64,000 bases of DNA from Endomicrobiales bacterium (lineage in GTDB: Bacteria; Elusimicrobiota; Endomicrobiia; Endomicrobiales; JALOBY01), in NCBI GenBank assembly GCA_963796955.1, contig CAWCNJ010000005.1, forward strand, positions 96,001-160,000. The letters are read 5' to 3'. Made by a program: the position numbers and the translations under genes. Of the stretch, positions 27,959 through 39,563 are shown piece by piece (position 1 is the stretch's first letter; every line of letters begins with the position of its first letter). A model generated the notes under the pieces. It ran no database searches, was not told the DNA's origin, and worked only from the letters and a program-made list of their open reading frames with translations.

Positions 27959-28834
27959 ATGCAAAAAGGATTAGGCAGAGGCCTTGCTTCACTTATACCA
28001 AACGAAGCCGTTAATACAAGGAATGCCGGTATCGCCAGCGAACACGTGACAATGCTGCCGATCGACAAGCTTAAGCCGAACCGCCACCAGCCGCGCCACC
28101 ACTTCGACAAAGAAAAACTCAACGAGCTTGCCCAGTCAATAAAAGAGCACGGCCTCCAGCAGCCGCTGCTGGTCACGCCGTCCCCGATACCCGGAGAATA
28201 TGAATTGATCGCCGGAGAACGCAGACTGCGCGCCTGTAAACAACTGGGCTTGACGGAAATACCGGTTATCGTCAGGAATGTTACCGATAAGCAGAGATTC
28301 CACATATCCATAATAGAAAATATCCAACGCCACGACCTTAACCCGATAGAAGAAGCCAAAGCCTACAAGAAGCTGCACGACGAGTTCGGCCATACGCAGG
28401 AAGACCTCGCGGGCATCCTTGGCAAAGACCGGTCCGTGGTAGCCAACACCATCCGTCTGCTGCAGTTGCCCGAGAATGTACAGGAATTCATTACCAGCGG
28501 CCAGCTTTCCGCCGGCCACGGGCGCATGCTCGCCGGCCTTACCGACGTAAACCAGCAGGCGGAGCTCGCTGCCCGCATCATCGCCGACAAACTGACCGTC
28601 AGGGACATAGAAAAACTGGTCTCTGAAACAAAGTCGGGAAAAGCAAAAACCGCAAAGAAAACACCGCCCAAAATTGATGCTGAACTGAAACAATTGTGTG
28701 ACGAACTGCAGACGCGGCTCGGCACAAAAGTAAAAGTTATGGGAAAACCCGCTAAAGGCCGCATAGAGATACATTATTTTTCCCTGAGCGAACTGGAACG
28801 CCTTATCTCCAACTTAAGGAAAATCGCGGCCTAA
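27959..28834 (+). CDS. parB: Chromosome partitioning protein ParB/Spo0J
   Basis: KGLGRGL, QPR, LIAGERRLRA, ENIQRHDLNPIEEA, HTH. Confidence 0.97.
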   Translation: MQKGLGRGLASLIPNEAVNTRNAGIASEHVTMLPIDKLKPNRHQPRHHFDKEKLNELAQSIKEHGLQQPLLVTPSPIPGEYELIAGERRLRACKQLGLTEIPVIVRNVTDKQRFHISIIENIQRHDLNPIEEAKAYKKLHDEFGHTQEDLAGILGKDRSVVANTIRLLQLPENVQEFITSGQLSAGHGRMLAGLTDVNQQAELAARIIADKLTVRDIEKLVSETKSGKAKTAKKTPPKIDAELKQLCDELQTRLGTKVKVMGKPAKGRIEIHYFSLSELERLISNLRKIAA

Positions 28835-30605
28835 TGTTAAAAAAAGGCAACGTATCATTCCAAAATCCGGAAGGGATCACCGCGCTGGTGCTTTCTCTGG
28901 TGTTTTGCATGGTGCTCTTTATAGCGCCCTGGCCCCCGATGTGCGCCTTACCAGACCAAAACTGCTTGTGATGGAACTGGGCCTGTATACACTCCTCTTC
29001 GCGCTGGTCGCATCACAATTCTATTTCAATGCATTAAAATACCGCAAATCACCGGTACTGCTGCCTCTTGCCGTGTATGTCGCCGTGCAGCTGGCTTTCT
29101 ATGCGGCCTCACCGGATAAACCGGTCGCCCTCAACGAGCTTAAACGCTGCCTTTTATCGGCCAGCGGTTTTTTAGTCGCGGCGCATGTGCTGGCAACCGA
29201 ACGCTGGCGGGACTGGGCTTTAACGGCATTCATTGCCGGCGGCTTTTGCGCGGCTGTCTATGGTATATTACAGCATTCAGGCGGCATCGCCATGATCGCG
29301 GTGCCCCAAATGGGCCGCGTGATCTCCACCTTCGGCAACCCGATATTTTTTGCCGCCCACTTGATCATCGTCATACCGGTCGCCGTGGGAATGCTGTTGA
29401 CGGTACGGTCACAACTGTCCAAGACAGCGCTCGTGCTGGTGATAGCGGCATCGCTCGCCGCCCTGTATTATTCACAAACCCGGGCGGCCATTATCGCCTG
29501 CGCAACGGGTGCGGCCATACTTGCCTGGCTGCTGACGACCGCCGGCCCTAAAAGAACAAAAGCGCTCACGGTAACGCTGGCACTGTTCGCGGTCTTTGCC
29601 TGGTTCACCAAAGATATCTGGTTCCGTCAGCAGGCGCATTTTCTGATCTGGCGCGACACCCTGGTTATGTGGTCAAAATATCCGTGGTTCGGCACCGGGC
29701 CCGGCACTTTCCATGTCTATTTTCCGTCGTTCGCCTCCGGGGAACTGCGCGCCATCTGGCCGCAACAGCAGAGCATAATCAACGACGCGCATAACGAATA
29801 TATCCAAAGCCTCGCCGAGACCGGTATCATTGGTTTCGGCGTATTCATCTGGCTGCTGGTCTCCCTGCTGCGCTCGGCGTACAATGCACTGATCACGTCG
29901 ACCGGAAAAGATAAAGCGCTTATCGGCGCATTGCTTGCCGCCTGCGTCTCTTTGCTGGTGCAAAATGTATTTTCCGTCGATATGCGCTTTATAATATCGT
30001 CGGTGTACCTGTTCATTCTCTTCGGTTTCATAACGTCTTTTAAAGATCCGCTGGTCCCCGTACCTGTCCCCCCGAAGGCGGGCACACTGCTGGCGGCGGG
30101 AACGATCGCCCTTGCGGCTGCGGCGTATCCTGCCATCCTGCGCCCCTACATCGCCGAAAAACACGTCTCGTCGACACCCGATTTCTTCGACGAGCGCGTA
30201 CTTGAACCTGCCAGAACCATCGAAGACCTGCAAGCCCTGGCGCAAAAATATCCGGACCAGCCTGCCGTGCATGAGCGCCTCGCCTGGGTCTACGCGAAAG
30301 AACATAATTTCGATAAAGCGATAGAACACTATCTCGCCGCCAACCGCCTGAACCCCTCTCTCCCCGGGCCGCTGAACAATCTGGGGAATATTTATTTTCT
30401 GCAAAACGACCGCGCCAAAGCGATAGCCTACTGGGAACGTTCCATACAGGCGGACCCAAAACAGATAGACAGCCGGCTCAATCTCGCGACCGCCTATTAT
30501 TATAACGGCCAGCTGAAACCGTGCGTCGAACAACTGAAAGCGGTACTGAACATTGACCCGCGCAACGAGAAAGCGATAGTGTTTTTAAAACGCCTCACGG
30601 AGTGA
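28834..30605 (+). CDS. O-antigen ligase family protein with C-terminal TPRs (apparent frameshift ~28925)
   Basis: STFGNPIFFA, SQTRAA, PWFGTGPG, DAHNEYIQ, TPRs. The N-terminus MLKKGNV..LFIAP from ATG 28834 is in a different frame from ORF 28905. Confidence 0.85.
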
Positions 30606-31861
30606 TACCAATGATCACCAAAAACCTTATTGAGTTGTTGTTCTCTGCAGCAAGCATGCAGCGTTGGAACGATCACCCAAAGCCCGTGGAGTTTACCGAG
30701 CTGGACAAACAGGCGCATAAGATGTTGATAGCCTACGTGCTTGCAAAACTGGAGGAGGACGCCGGCGGTAAGATAGACTGGAACGCCTTGATAGAAGGCT
30801 GCATATTCGAATTCATACACCGCCTGCGCCTAACCGACCTGCGGCCGGATGTTTTTCATCGCCTGATGGCCGAATGCGGGCGGGAACTGAACGAATGGGT
30901 CTTCGATAATTCCCAGGCGGAACTGGAATCTTTCGACACCTATTTCTTCAGCCGCTTTAAGAACCACTTTCGCCAGAACAACGAGGCCGTCAAGGAAAAA
31001 CGCATTCTGCACGCCGCCCATTACCTGGCCACCAAATGGGAATTTCGCATTATCTATAACATCGCCCCGTTCCTCTACGGCATAGACGCGACTAAAGCAA
31101 CGCTTGACCGCGAGATAGAAAAACACACCGACCTTGCCTGCGTTCAGAGAATACTGGCGGATCCAAAGCTCACGGGCTTTATCGATCTGTGCGGCCAGCT
31201 CAGGTTCCAGCAGCGGTGGGCCCAGTCGCCGCGCATTCCCAAAACCTCCGTGCTCGGGCACATGCTGCTGGTGGCCATGCTCGGCTACTTCTTTTCCGTC
31301 GAAGCAGGTGTTACTTCAAAAGCCCGGCTGCGCAACAACTTTTTATGCGGTCTCTTCCACGACTTGCCCGAGGTGCTGACCAAGGACATCATCAGCCCCA
31401 TAAAGGCTTCCGTGGGGGGCCTGGGCAAACTGATCAGCGATTACGAGTCCCGCTCCATCAATGAAAAGATCCTGCCGCTGCTGCCGCCGAACTGGCACAA
31501 CGAGATCCGCTGGTATGTTACCGACGAATTTTCCAACCGGCTGATCTTTGACAACAAGACCCGGGCCGTCAAAGGCGACCTGCCCAGGGATTTTGATAAA
31601 GACGCATTTAACGTGGTCGACGGCGAACTCATAGAAGCCTGCGACAAATACGCGGCCTTCATAGAAGCCTCTCTCTCCATACAATACGGCATCCGCACGC
31701 CCTACCTTACCGACGGCCTGCACAAGATCTACAAGGCTTTCGCCGGCAAAACGGTGCAGGGAATAGCATTTCAGCCGTTCTTCGATCATTTTTATCCGCC
31801 CAATACCACTTGGGAGGCGACCGAGCGACGTGTGCCGCCCGTCCCCGAAGGGGGGAAATAG
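30602..31861 (+). CDS. HD-domain hydrolase (YfbR-like, tandem)
   Basis: MQRWND..ELDKQAHK, QQRW..SVLGH, FHDLPE..DIISP, CDK. Confidence 0.85.
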   Translation: MIPMITKNLIELLFSAASMQRWNDHPKPVEFTELDKQAHKMLIAYVLAKLEEDAGGKIDWNALIEGCIFEFIHRLRLTDLRPDVFHRLMAECGRELNEWVFDNSQAELESFDTYFFSRFKNHFRQNNEAVKEKRILHAAHYLATKWEFRIIYNIAPFLYGIDATKATLDREIEKHTDLACVQRILADPKLTGFIDLCGQLRFQQRWAQSPRIPKTSVLGHMLLVAMLGYFFSVEAGVTSKARLRNNFLCGLFHDLPEVLTKDIISPIKASVGGLGKLISDYESRSINEKILPLLPPNWHNEIRWYVTDEFSNRLIFDNKTRAVKGDLPRDFDKDAFNVVDGELIEACDKYAAFIEASLSIQYGIRTPYLTDGLHKIYKAFAGKTVQGIAFQPFFDHFYPPNTTWEATERRVPPVPEGGK

Positions 31862-31862
31862 T

Positions 31863-32978
31863 ATGCCAAGCCTATCCCAGTTCCTTATATTTATCGCGAT
31901 CGCGCTGGCGGTATTCTTCGGCATGAACTACTACGTTTTTGTTCGTCTGGTCAACGGCCTGTCGCTGGCCGAACCCGCCCGCGCGAACGTGCGCTACATA
32001 TTTATTTGCGGCAGCCTGCTGTTTATCATCACGGAATATCTGTCACATCACACCGCTTCCACCATACTGCGGCCCTTTATGCTGGCGGGGGTTATGTGGC
32101 TTGGTCTTATTTCCATCGGGTTTTCCGTGACCGTCATTGCCGATATTTTCCGTCTGATATTTCACGCACCTCACACGCGCTGGATAATCTCGCTTGTCAG
32201 CCTTATCGTGATCATCGGCCTCAGCGCATATTCTTATATAAACGTTCTGGGCAGGCCCGTACTTAAGAACATTCAGCTGCGCAGCGTTAAACTACCGTTG
32301 AACATCCAATCCTTTAAGATCGTACAGCTCACCGATATCCATCTTGATTCCCTGAAAGATCCGGACTGGTTCTCGGATATCGTAAATACCGTCAACGCCC
32401 AGCATCCGGACCTGATCGTTATTACCGGCGATCTTATAGACGCGAACGTCTACGAGCTGACGCCCTTTCTGGAAAGCATGAACAGCCTTAAGGCCACCTA
32501 CGGGATCTATGCCATCACCGGCAACCATGAATTTTACATCGGAGAGGATATGTTCAAGGCCGCCTGCCTCTACTGCGGCATAACGCCATTACGCAACGAC
32601 CACGTTTCGATAGACAGCATTATTGAACTGGCAGGCATTGACGACGTGACTTTTACCAGGAAAGAAGGAGTAGAGCCGGCGATGGAAAAAGCGCTGGAAG
32701 GCTGCGACTTTACGAAACCGGTTGTTTTGCTTTCTCATCAACCGGATGTTTTTGACCGCGCCGCGGCCATGGGCGTTGACCTGCAGCTGTCCGGCCACAC
32801 ACACGTGGGCCAGATACCGCCGATGGACCTGATCGTTGAAATGTACTTTAAATATCCTTACGGACTGTATCGGCAGGGAAAAGCGTACTTATATACCTCG
32901 GCCGGCACGGGCACCTGGGGTCCGCCTATGCGCCTGTTCTCAAGATCGGAAATTACGGTGATCAAACTAACGCAATAA
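31863..32978 (+). CDS. Membrane-anchored calcineurin-like metallophosphoesterase
   Basis: N-terminal TMs; DIH, GDLID, GNHE, SHQP, SGHTH. Confidence 0.93.
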   Translation: MPSLSQFLIFIAIALAVFFGMNYYVFVRLVNGLSLAEPARANVRYIFICGSLLFIITEYLSHHTASTILRPFMLAGVMWLGLISIGFSVTVIADIFRLIFHAPHTRWIISLVSLIVIIGLSAYSYINVLGRPVLKNIQLRSVKLPLNIQSFKIVQLTDIHLDSLKDPDWFSDIVNTVNAQHPDLIVITGDLIDANVYELTPFLESMNSLKATYGIYAITGNHEFYIGEDMFKAACLYCGITPLRNDHVSIDSIIELAGIDDVTFTRKEGVEPAMEKALEGCDFTKPVVLLSHQPDVFDRAAAMGVDLQLSGHTHVGQIPPMDLIVEMYFKYPYGLYRQGKAYLYTSAGTGTWGPPMRLFSRSEITVIKLTQ

Positions 32979-32979
32979 C

Positions 32980-33007
32980 GTAGAGACGCAAAATGTTGCG
33001 TCTCTAC
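32980..33007. repeat. GTAG-type REP-like palindrome / bidirectional terminator
   Basis: gtagagacgcaa-aatg-ttgcgtctctac, perfect 12-bp stem between convergent genes. Confidence 0.75.
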
Positions 33008-34107
33008 CGGTTAAATACAATATCCTGTAACCCCAATTCTTGCTGCATTACTTGTATCTCTTTGCGCAGGGCTTCGTCGATCGGCGCGCCTTTGTCTTTG
33101 CGGTCCAGCCAGTTCAAGTATTCTTTCTCGCCGGCAGTATAAATCCTTTTTGCGCCGGGCGCCTTTTTTGAAGCGCGCAGGGCGCGTAAAATAGCGCCCG
33201 TCGTTTTTTTGAATTCCTTCAACTCCGTAAACGCGTTCACATCTATCGCCATAAAAAAATGTCCCAGCGCGTAGGGTACTTTCTTTCCGCCGGAAACCCC
33301 GGTAAGCATATTCATAAAAGCGCCGCCCTGTAATGCCGCGCTCAATATCTCCACGACCGTCGCGTAACCGTACCCCTTATAACCGGCCTCTTCCTCGCCG
33401 ATACCGCCCAGCGGCGCCAGCGCGCAGATGCCCTTGTTCAAACCGTCGATCGCGACAGCCGCGTCGGTAACACTCTTGCCTTCCTGGTCTATCACCCAGC
33501 CGTGCGGCATGGTTTTTTTAAGCCGTGCGTACACTTCTATTTTGCCGCGCTGCGACAGCGAGGTCGCGTAATCCGTAACGAAGGGAAACTCCTCGTCGGT
33601 CGGCACACCAAAGACCAGGGGGTTCGTGCCCAGCATATTTTCAACGCCGAACGTGGGCGCTACGGAGGGTCTTGCGTTCGTTCCGGTTATGCCTATCAAC
33701 CCCTGCTCGCAGGCCTGCATCGCGTAGTAGCCTGAAATGCCGTAATGGGTAGAGTTCCTTACCGCCACCATGCCCATCCCGTAGTTTTTCGCCCTGTTGA
33801 TCGCCATGCCCATGGCCCGTTCGGCGATAACCTGCCCCATGCCGTGATGGCCGTCAACCACCGCCGTCGTCGTACCTTCCCTGATAACCTCAAAATTAGT
33901 TGTTGCCTGCTGAATACCCGCCTTAATGCGGTCATAATAAATGGTCTTCAGGCGGGAAATACCGTGCGAATCAATGCCGCGCTTGTCCGCCGTGATCAGC
34001 ACAGCCGCGCACACCTCGGCCTCCGGCCCCGGCACACCCAACCCTATAAAAACATCAGTCATGAACTTTTCGAGAATATCGAACGGCACCCATTGAATTT
34101 CAGCCAT
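33004..34107 (-). CDS. Ldh_2 family (malate/L-lactate/sulfolactate dehydrogenase) oxidoreductase
   Basis: RGIDSHG, NSTHYG, LGTNP, GYKGYG, GHFFMAID. Confidence 0.93.
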   Translation of the reverse strand: MAEIQWVPFDILEKFMTDVFIGLGVPGPEAEVCAAVLITADKRGIDSHGISRLKTIYYDRIKAGIQQATTNFEVIREGTTTAVVDGHHGMGQVIAERAMGMAINRAKNYGMGMVAVRNSTHYGISGYYAMQACEQGLIGITGTNARPSVAPTFGVENMLGTNPLVFGVPTDEEFPFVTDYATSLSQRGKIEVYARLKKTMPHGWVIDQEGKSVTDAAVAIDGLNKGICALAPLGGIGEEEAGYKGYGYATVVEILSAALQGGAFMNMLTGVSGGKKVPYALGHFFMAIDVNAFTELKEFKKTTGAILRALRASKKAPGAKRIYTAGEKEYLNWLDRKDKGAPIDEALRKEIQVMQQELGLQDIVFNR

Positions 34108-34186
34108 ATACGCCTCCCCGTAACTAATTTTCTGTTGAACTACTGCGCAATTCTATCACTAAATAGCTGTCAGCGCAAGGTGGTAC

Positions 34187-34216
34187 TTGTCAAGGGTGGC
34201 ATAAATAAGGTATAAT
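34187..34216 (+). promoter_or_regulatory. Promoter for the rpmH operon
   Basis: TTGTCA-18 bp-TATAAT. Confidence 0.6.
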
Positions 34217-34257
34217 CAACAGGCTATATATACATATATTTAACAGAGGGACGGATC

Positions 34258-34407
34258 ATGGCTAAGAGGGCTAACGGCAGAACGTTTCAACCTAACAATC
34301 ACCGCAGAAAGAAGAAGATCGGTTTTCGCGCGCGCATGAGCACAGCCGGCGGCCGCGGAGTCCTGTCGAAAAGGCGCGCAAAAGGGCGCAAGACGCTTTC
34401 TGCCTAA
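34258..34407 (+). CDS. rpmH: 50S ribosomal protein L34 (missing from the ORF track)
   Basis: [49 protein letters not shown]. Confidence 0.97.
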   Translation: MAKRANGRTFQPNNHRRKKKIGFRARMSTAGGRGVLSKRRAKGRKTLSA

Positions 34408-34418
34408 TGTAGCCTGGT

Positions 34419-34814
34419 ATGTCACCCGAAAAGCCCGTACTCCGGTTCACCTTCTCCCGAAATGAGCGGCTTCACCTTCAGTCTGATTTCTCTGAAATCC
34501 TCAATCGCGGACGCAAGCTGACCAGTCCGGGGCTTTTCATTTTTGTGCAACGCCGTAAAAACACAGCCGCCGTTTCGAACCGTTTGCCGTTGGCCCGCAT
34601 GGGGCTGGTCACCAGCCGCAAGGTCGGCAACGCGCCCCAGCGTAACCAGGCGAAGCGCCGCCTTAGAGAGATATTCCGGCTGCATAAGCATTTGCTGGAA
34701 CCGGGCACGGACTGCATATTTATTCCCAGGGCGCCGATCACCGCAATGCCGTTTGGCGACCTTGAGGCCTTGGTGCTCGGCAGCCTTCGTAAAGCAGCCG
34801 TGCTGGCAGAATGA
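34419..34814 (+). CDS. rnpA: Ribonuclease P protein component
   Basis: [30 protein letters not shown]; synteny. Confidence 0.95.
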   Translation: MSPEKPVLRFTFSRNERLHLQSDFSEILNRGRKLTSPGLFIFVQRRKNTAAVSNRLPLARMGLVTSRKVGNAPQRNQAKRRLREIFRLHKHLLEPGTDCIFIPRAPITAMPFGDLEALVLGSLRKAAVLAE

Positions 34815-35044
34815 AACATATCGTTCTTTTTTTTATAAAAATTTATCAATTCTTTTCCGGCCTCGGACCACGCCGCTGCAGATTTTATCCGACCTGTTCG
34901 CACTACGCCGCCGAAGCGGTGAGGGAGCATGGAACGCTGCGCGGCCTGTGGCTTGCCGTGCGCAGAGTGATCCGTTGCCATCCGTTTAACGCCGGCGGCC
35001 TTGACCCGGTACCGCCTCGTATATCTAAGGAGCAGACTCAATGA
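34811..35044 (+). CDS. yidD: Membrane protein insertion efficiency factor
   Basis: [22 protein letters not shown]. Confidence 0.95.
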   Translation: MKHIVLFFIKIYQFFSGLGPRRCRFYPTCSHYAAEAVREHGTLRGLWLAVRRVIRCHPFNAGGLDPVPPRISKEQTQ

Positions 35045-36573
35045 ACCGTAATACTGTTTTAGCCGTTATCCTTTCCGCAGCATTCTTATTCTTCTGGTGG
35101 GCTTATGTTAAGCCGCCGGTGCAAAATACCGCCGTGCCCGCGGGCGCGCCGACCATTTCCGACGCCGGTTCCACCAGCTGCGCCGTAACCACGCCCGCAC
35201 CGGTCACACCACAGGCCCAGAAAGAGATCGCCGAAAAAGAAATAGTCGTCGAGAACGATCAGTATAAAGCGGTATTCACCAACCGCGGCGCCGCGGTCAA
35301 ACACTGGTTCCTGAAAGACCACGGGGTACAGACAGACCTGGTCCTGTGCGGTGAGCAGCTTTCCACCTATCCCGGCACCATGTTCGGCTGGCGGTTGCTG
35401 GGCGATAACGGCGTGGAGTTTACCACGACGCTGCGCGAAGGCTGGCGCATAACGAAAACCTACGATCTCTCTAATAAATTCCTGCACGAATTGACGCTCA
35501 AGGCGGACCGCACCAAAAAAGACGCGGTAAAAGTGCCTTTTGAGATCTTCTGGACGGGCGGCCTCGGCACGGTGGACAGCGAAAAGAACGACAACCTGGC
35601 CCAGACCCGCGCGATCGGCCTTACCGACGCAAAACCGCAGGCCCTGCAGAAATTCAAGCCCGGCGAATATAGCGCAGCCGAGTACAGCTGGAGCGCGGTG
35701 GACAACCGATATTTCCTGGCCGCCTTCCTGCCGGAAAAACTTAAAACCCTTACCGCCTTCACCAAGATAAACGTTTCAGTTGAAAAGAAAATGCCGCCCG
35801 AAGTGGCGATGTCCGGCTGGTTCGACCCCGCCGGCGAGTCGCACACCGTTACCACAAAATTCTATCTGGGGCCGAAAGGCTACCAGCACCTGAAATCCCT
35901 TAACCTGAAATTAGAAGAAGCCGTGGATTTCGGCTGGTTCGGATTTCTCGGCAAGGGCGCATTATGGATACTGACCACGCTCTTCTCCATTACACACAAT
36001 TACGGCTGGGCGATAATCCTGCTGACACTGCTGCTGCAGCTGCTGGTTTTCCCGCTGACGTTAAAAAGCCTGAAAGCCGCCGCCGCCATGAAAAAGATAC
36101 AGCCGCTGATGAAAGAATTACAGACAAAGTATAAAGCTGATCCGCAGCGCATGAACGTTGAGCTGATGAACCTGTACAAAACGCAGGGGGTTAACCCGCT
36201 CAGCGGCTGCCTGCCGATGATACTACAGCTGCCGATCTTCTGGGCGCTGTTTACCACGCTGCGCAACGCCTACGAGATCCACGGCGCGCCCTGGATCTTT
36301 TGGATCCACGACCTTTCTATGAAGGATCCCTACTACGTATTGCCGGTGCTGATGGGCCTGGGCATGCTGCTGCAGCAGAAGATGACCGCCACCGCCACCG
36401 ACCCCGCTCAGGCGAAAATGATGATGTTCATGCCGGTCATATTTACGTTCATGTTCCTTAAATTCCCGGCGGGCCTGGTGCTGTACTGGCTGGTGAACAA
36501 TATATTAACCGTCTCAGAACAATATGTGATCATGCGCATGGAAGAAAGACGCACGGCACTTGCTAAAATCTAG
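35041..36573 (+). CDS. yidC: Membrane protein insertase YidC
   Basis: [36 protein letters not shown]. Confidence 0.97.
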   Translation: MNRNTVLAVILSAAFLFFWWAYVKPPVQNTAVPAGAPTISDAGSTSCAVTTPAPVTPQAQKEIAEKEIVVENDQYKAVFTNRGAAVKHWFLKDHGVQTDLVLCGEQLSTYPGTMFGWRLLGDNGVEFTTTLREGWRITKTYDLSNKFLHELTLKADRTKKDAVKVPFEIFWTGGLGTVDSEKNDNLAQTRAIGLTDAKPQALQKFKPGEYSAAEYSWSAVDNRYFLAAFLPEKLKTLTAFTKINVSVEKKMPPEVAMSGWFDPAGESHTVTTKFYLGPKGYQHLKSLNLKLEEAVDFGWFGFLGKGALWILTTLFSITHNYGWAIILLTLLLQLLVFPLTLKSLKAAAAMKKIQPLMKELQTKYKADPQRMNVELMNLYKTQGVNPLSGCLPMILQLPIFWALFTTLRNAYEIHGAPWIFWIHDLSMKDPYYVLPVLMGLGMLLQQKMTATATDPAQAKMMMFMPVIFTFMFLKFPAGLVLYWLVNNILTVSEQYVIMRMEERRTALAKI

Positions 36574-36590
36574 CAGGTAAGAGGTATATC

Positions 36591-37244
36591 ATGAATGAAA
36601 TAGAAATAGACGGAAAAACTGTTGAAGACGCGATCAATGAAGGTCTCGCAAAACTGTGCGTTCGCCGCGACCAGGTTGATGTTAAAATACTTTCAGAAGG
36701 CTCAACCGGCCTGTTCGGCCTGATGGGCTCCAAGGCCGCCAGCGTGCGCCTGACTCTTAAAGAAGGTGTGCAGCCGGGCGTTCCAGCCGACCTTGCGCTG
36801 GTGCAGGAAAAAGCAAAGGAATTGCTGGGCCAGATCCTTACCATGATGAAGATCTCTTTCACCGAAATAAACACCTCCATGCTTACCGGCCGTGTATATA
36901 TCGACGTAAAATCTCCGGAAAGCGCCCTGATCATCGGCAAGGGCGGCGCAACGCTGGACGCGCTGGAGATGATACTGAACCTGATGCTGGCACGGGAACC
37001 CAAGACCAGGGCGAAAGTTAATATCGACACAGAAAAATACCGCCTTCGTCAGGAAGAAAAACTCACCGAGCTGGCATTGCAAGGCGCCACCTCCGCTAAA
37101 ACAAGCGGCAAGCCCTTCCGCTTTGAACCCATGAATTCGCACGACCGGCGCATTGTGCACATGGCGCTTAAAAGTGATACGTCGATAGAGACAGTTTCCG
37201 AGGGCGAAGGCGTGGTGCGCAGCGTGATAGTTAAACCAAAATAA
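36591..37244 (+). CDS. jag: RNA-binding protein Jag/EloR (KhpB)
   Basis: Jag_[18 protein letters not shown]3H DRRIVH. Confidence 0.93.
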   Translation: MNEIEIDGKTVEDAINEGLAKLCVRRDQVDVKILSEGSTGLFGLMGSKAASVRLTLKEGVQPGVPADLALVQEKAKELLGQILTMMKISFTEINTSMLTGRVYIDVKSPESALIIGKGGATLDALEMILNLMLAREPKTRAKVNIDTEKYRLRQEEKLTELALQGATSAKTSGKPFRFEPMNSHDRRIVHMALKSDTSIETVSEGEGVVRSVIVKPK

Positions 37245-37252
37245 TTCACCGC

Positions 37253-38636
37253 ATGTACCAGAACACGGACGACACTATCGCCGCCATTACCACGCCCCCC
37301 GGGCGCGGCGGCATAGGGGTGGTTCGCGTCAGCGGTCCCGCGGCGCGTACAGATCGCCGATCATATTTTCAGCCCCTCCGGCACGACACCTCCGTCCCAG
37401 TTTGCGACCCATACCATACATTTCGGCCGTCTGCAGAACGAAGGAGCGGTCATTGACGAATGCCTTCTTTCGATCATGAAAGGGCCGCGCACGTATACCG
37501 GCCAGGACACCGTTGAATTCTCCCTGCACGGCGGCCCCGTCGTGGTGCGGCTTGCCCTTGTCGCCTGCATGACAGCGGGCGCACGACAGGCGGGCCCCGG
37601 GGAATTTACCTTCCGTGCATTTATGAACGGCAAGCTGGACCTTTCACGCGCTGAAGCGGTCTGCGATCTTATCTCTGCCAAAACAGAGGCAGCGGCCACC
37701 GCGTCCGTACGCGTGCTGGAAGGCGCGCTTTCGGAAAAAGTATCGGCCTGGCGAGAACGCCTGCTTTCAGTTTTAATGCGCCTTGAAACCGCCATCGACC
37801 ACGCGGGCGATGATTTTGAGCCTATAACCCAAACAGAACTTGAAGCGGAGTGCGCGGGCCTGCGCGGCGGCCTTGCCGGCCTCCTGAAAAACTACGCCAA
37901 AGCACGCCACCTCAGAGAGGGCATCAACGCCGTTATCTGCGGCCGGCCGAACACCGGGAAATCGTCATTAATGAACGCCCTGCTGCAGCGCGACCGGGCC
38001 ATTGTAAGCGCTATCCCCGGCACCACCAGAGATACGATAGAAGAGACGCTGGACATCGCCGGTATGCCGGTGATGATCACAGATACGGCCGGCTTGCGCG
38101 GCGCAAGCAGCGATCCGATCGAGGCAATCGGCCACGAACGGGCACGCAACGCGCTTTCAAAGGCCGACACCGTGCTTTGGGTGCTGGACGGTTCACAGCC
38201 CCTCAACGATGACGACAGGGCCATAGAACGCCTGCTGGCGGCGCAGGGACTCTTTACAAAAACGATCCTTATCATAAACAAAGCGGATCTTCCTCAGAAA
38301 CTGGAAGAGCCGGCGATGCCCGGCGTCCGCGCTGTGGTGCGGATCTCCTGCTTACAAGGTCTCGGGCTCGAGCCGCTGGAAGAAAGCATTGTGCAGTGTG
38401 CGGGAGATGCGGCGGCGGGCCCTGAACTTATTTTCGTCAACGAACGCCATTGCGCGGCGCTTACCGGCGCGGACAGGGCCATTGCAGAAGCGCAGGCGGC
38501 CCTGGCGACCGCCTCAGCCGATATCCTTGCCTTTCACATCCGGGAAGCCCTGGACTGCCTGGGAGAGATCACCGGCGACACCGCCGACGAAGAGATCTTG
38601 TCAAAAATATTCAGCAATTTTTGTATAGGAAAATAA
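37253..38636 (+). CDS. mnmE: tRNA modification GTPase MnmE (apparent frameshift ~37345)
   Basis: [22 protein letters not shown] in one frame; [32 protein letters not shown] in another. Confidence 0.93.
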
Positions 38637-39403
38637 TTATCAGACAAAAATACGGGCAGCACTTTTTATCGGACCATTCGATCGCGCGGCGGATCGTTGA
38701 AGCAGCCGCTATCGACATCGGCGATACCGTTATGGAGATCGGACCCGGCAAGGGCGTGCTGACCGATATGCTTGCCGCCCGCTGCAGCAAACTTATTGCG
38801 GTTGAGATCGACAGCGCGCTCGCCGACAAACTGAGAGCGCGTTTTGCCGCTGAACCAAAAGTTGAGGTGCTCAGCGCCAATTTTCTCGAATACGAACTTC
38901 CGGATGTAACCGCGCCGGTTAAAATAGTATCGAACCTGCCGTATTATGTTGCTACGGCTATTATCGAACGCTTCCTGCCCTGGCAGGGCTGGAGCCGCGC
39001 GACCGTCATGGTGCAAAAGGAAGTGGGCCTGCGCATCTGCGCGCCGGTAAACTCATCCGATTACGGTTATTACACATTATTGTGCCAGTATTACGCCGCC
39101 TGCAAAAGCCTTTTTGACGTCCCGCCCGCCAGTTTTTCGCCGCCGCCGGAAGTTGATTCACTGGTTATCACCCTTACCAACAACAACCCCCAGGCAGCGC
39201 CCGGGGAGGTATTAGAGCTTATCAAACAAGCCTTCGCGCATCGCAGAAAGAATATTTTGAATGCCCTCACCATCAGCACAACACGCGATAAAGAAGCCGT
39301 AAAACCACTGTTAGAGAAAGCCGGTATCGCGCAAACCACCCGCCCGCAAAACCTTTCCTGGAAAGATTATGAAACCCTCCAGCGATTATTGACAACGCTC
39401 TAA
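38621..39403 (+). CDS. rsmA: 16S rRNA m6,2A dimethyltransferase RsmA/KsgA (start uncertain)
   Basis: GQHFL, EIGPGKG, SNLPYY, MVQKEV, FSPPPEVDS, FAHRRK. Confidence 0.93.
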   Translation: MYRKIIIRQKYGQHFLSDHSIARRIVEAAAIDIGDTVMEIGPGKGVLTDMLAARCSKLIAVEIDSALADKLRARFAAEPKVEVLSANFLEYELPDVTAPVKIVSNLPYYVATAIIERFLPWQGWSRATVMVQKEVGLRICAPVNSSDYGYYTLLCQYYAACKSLFDVPPASFSPPPEVDSLVITLTNNNPQAAPGEVLELIKQAFAHRRKNILNALTISTTRDKEAVKPLLEKAGIAQTTRPQNLSWKDYETLQRLLTTL

Positions 39404-39417
39404 TACTTTTGTACTAT
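39389..39417 (+). promoter_or_regulatory. dnaA promoter
   Basis: TTGACA-17 bp-TACTAT. Confidence 0.65.
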
Positions 39418-39476
39418 ATTTAAAGATATTACTCTTTAAAAGATAAAAGATAACATATAATAAGCAGTAGTCACAC

Positions 39477-39518
39477 AGTGGATAAGTTATACACAATTGT
39501 GCACAACCTTGTTAATAA
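39477..39518. promoter_or_regulatory. DnaA-box cluster upstream of dnaA
   Basis: agtggataa 39477-85, ttatacaca 39487-95, ttgtgcaca 39497-505, tgttaataa 39510-18 in an AT-rich spacer. Confidence 0.85.
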
Positions 39519-39563
39519 CTTATTTTGTACGGATTTTAACTCACTTTTCAATGGATTTTGTGA

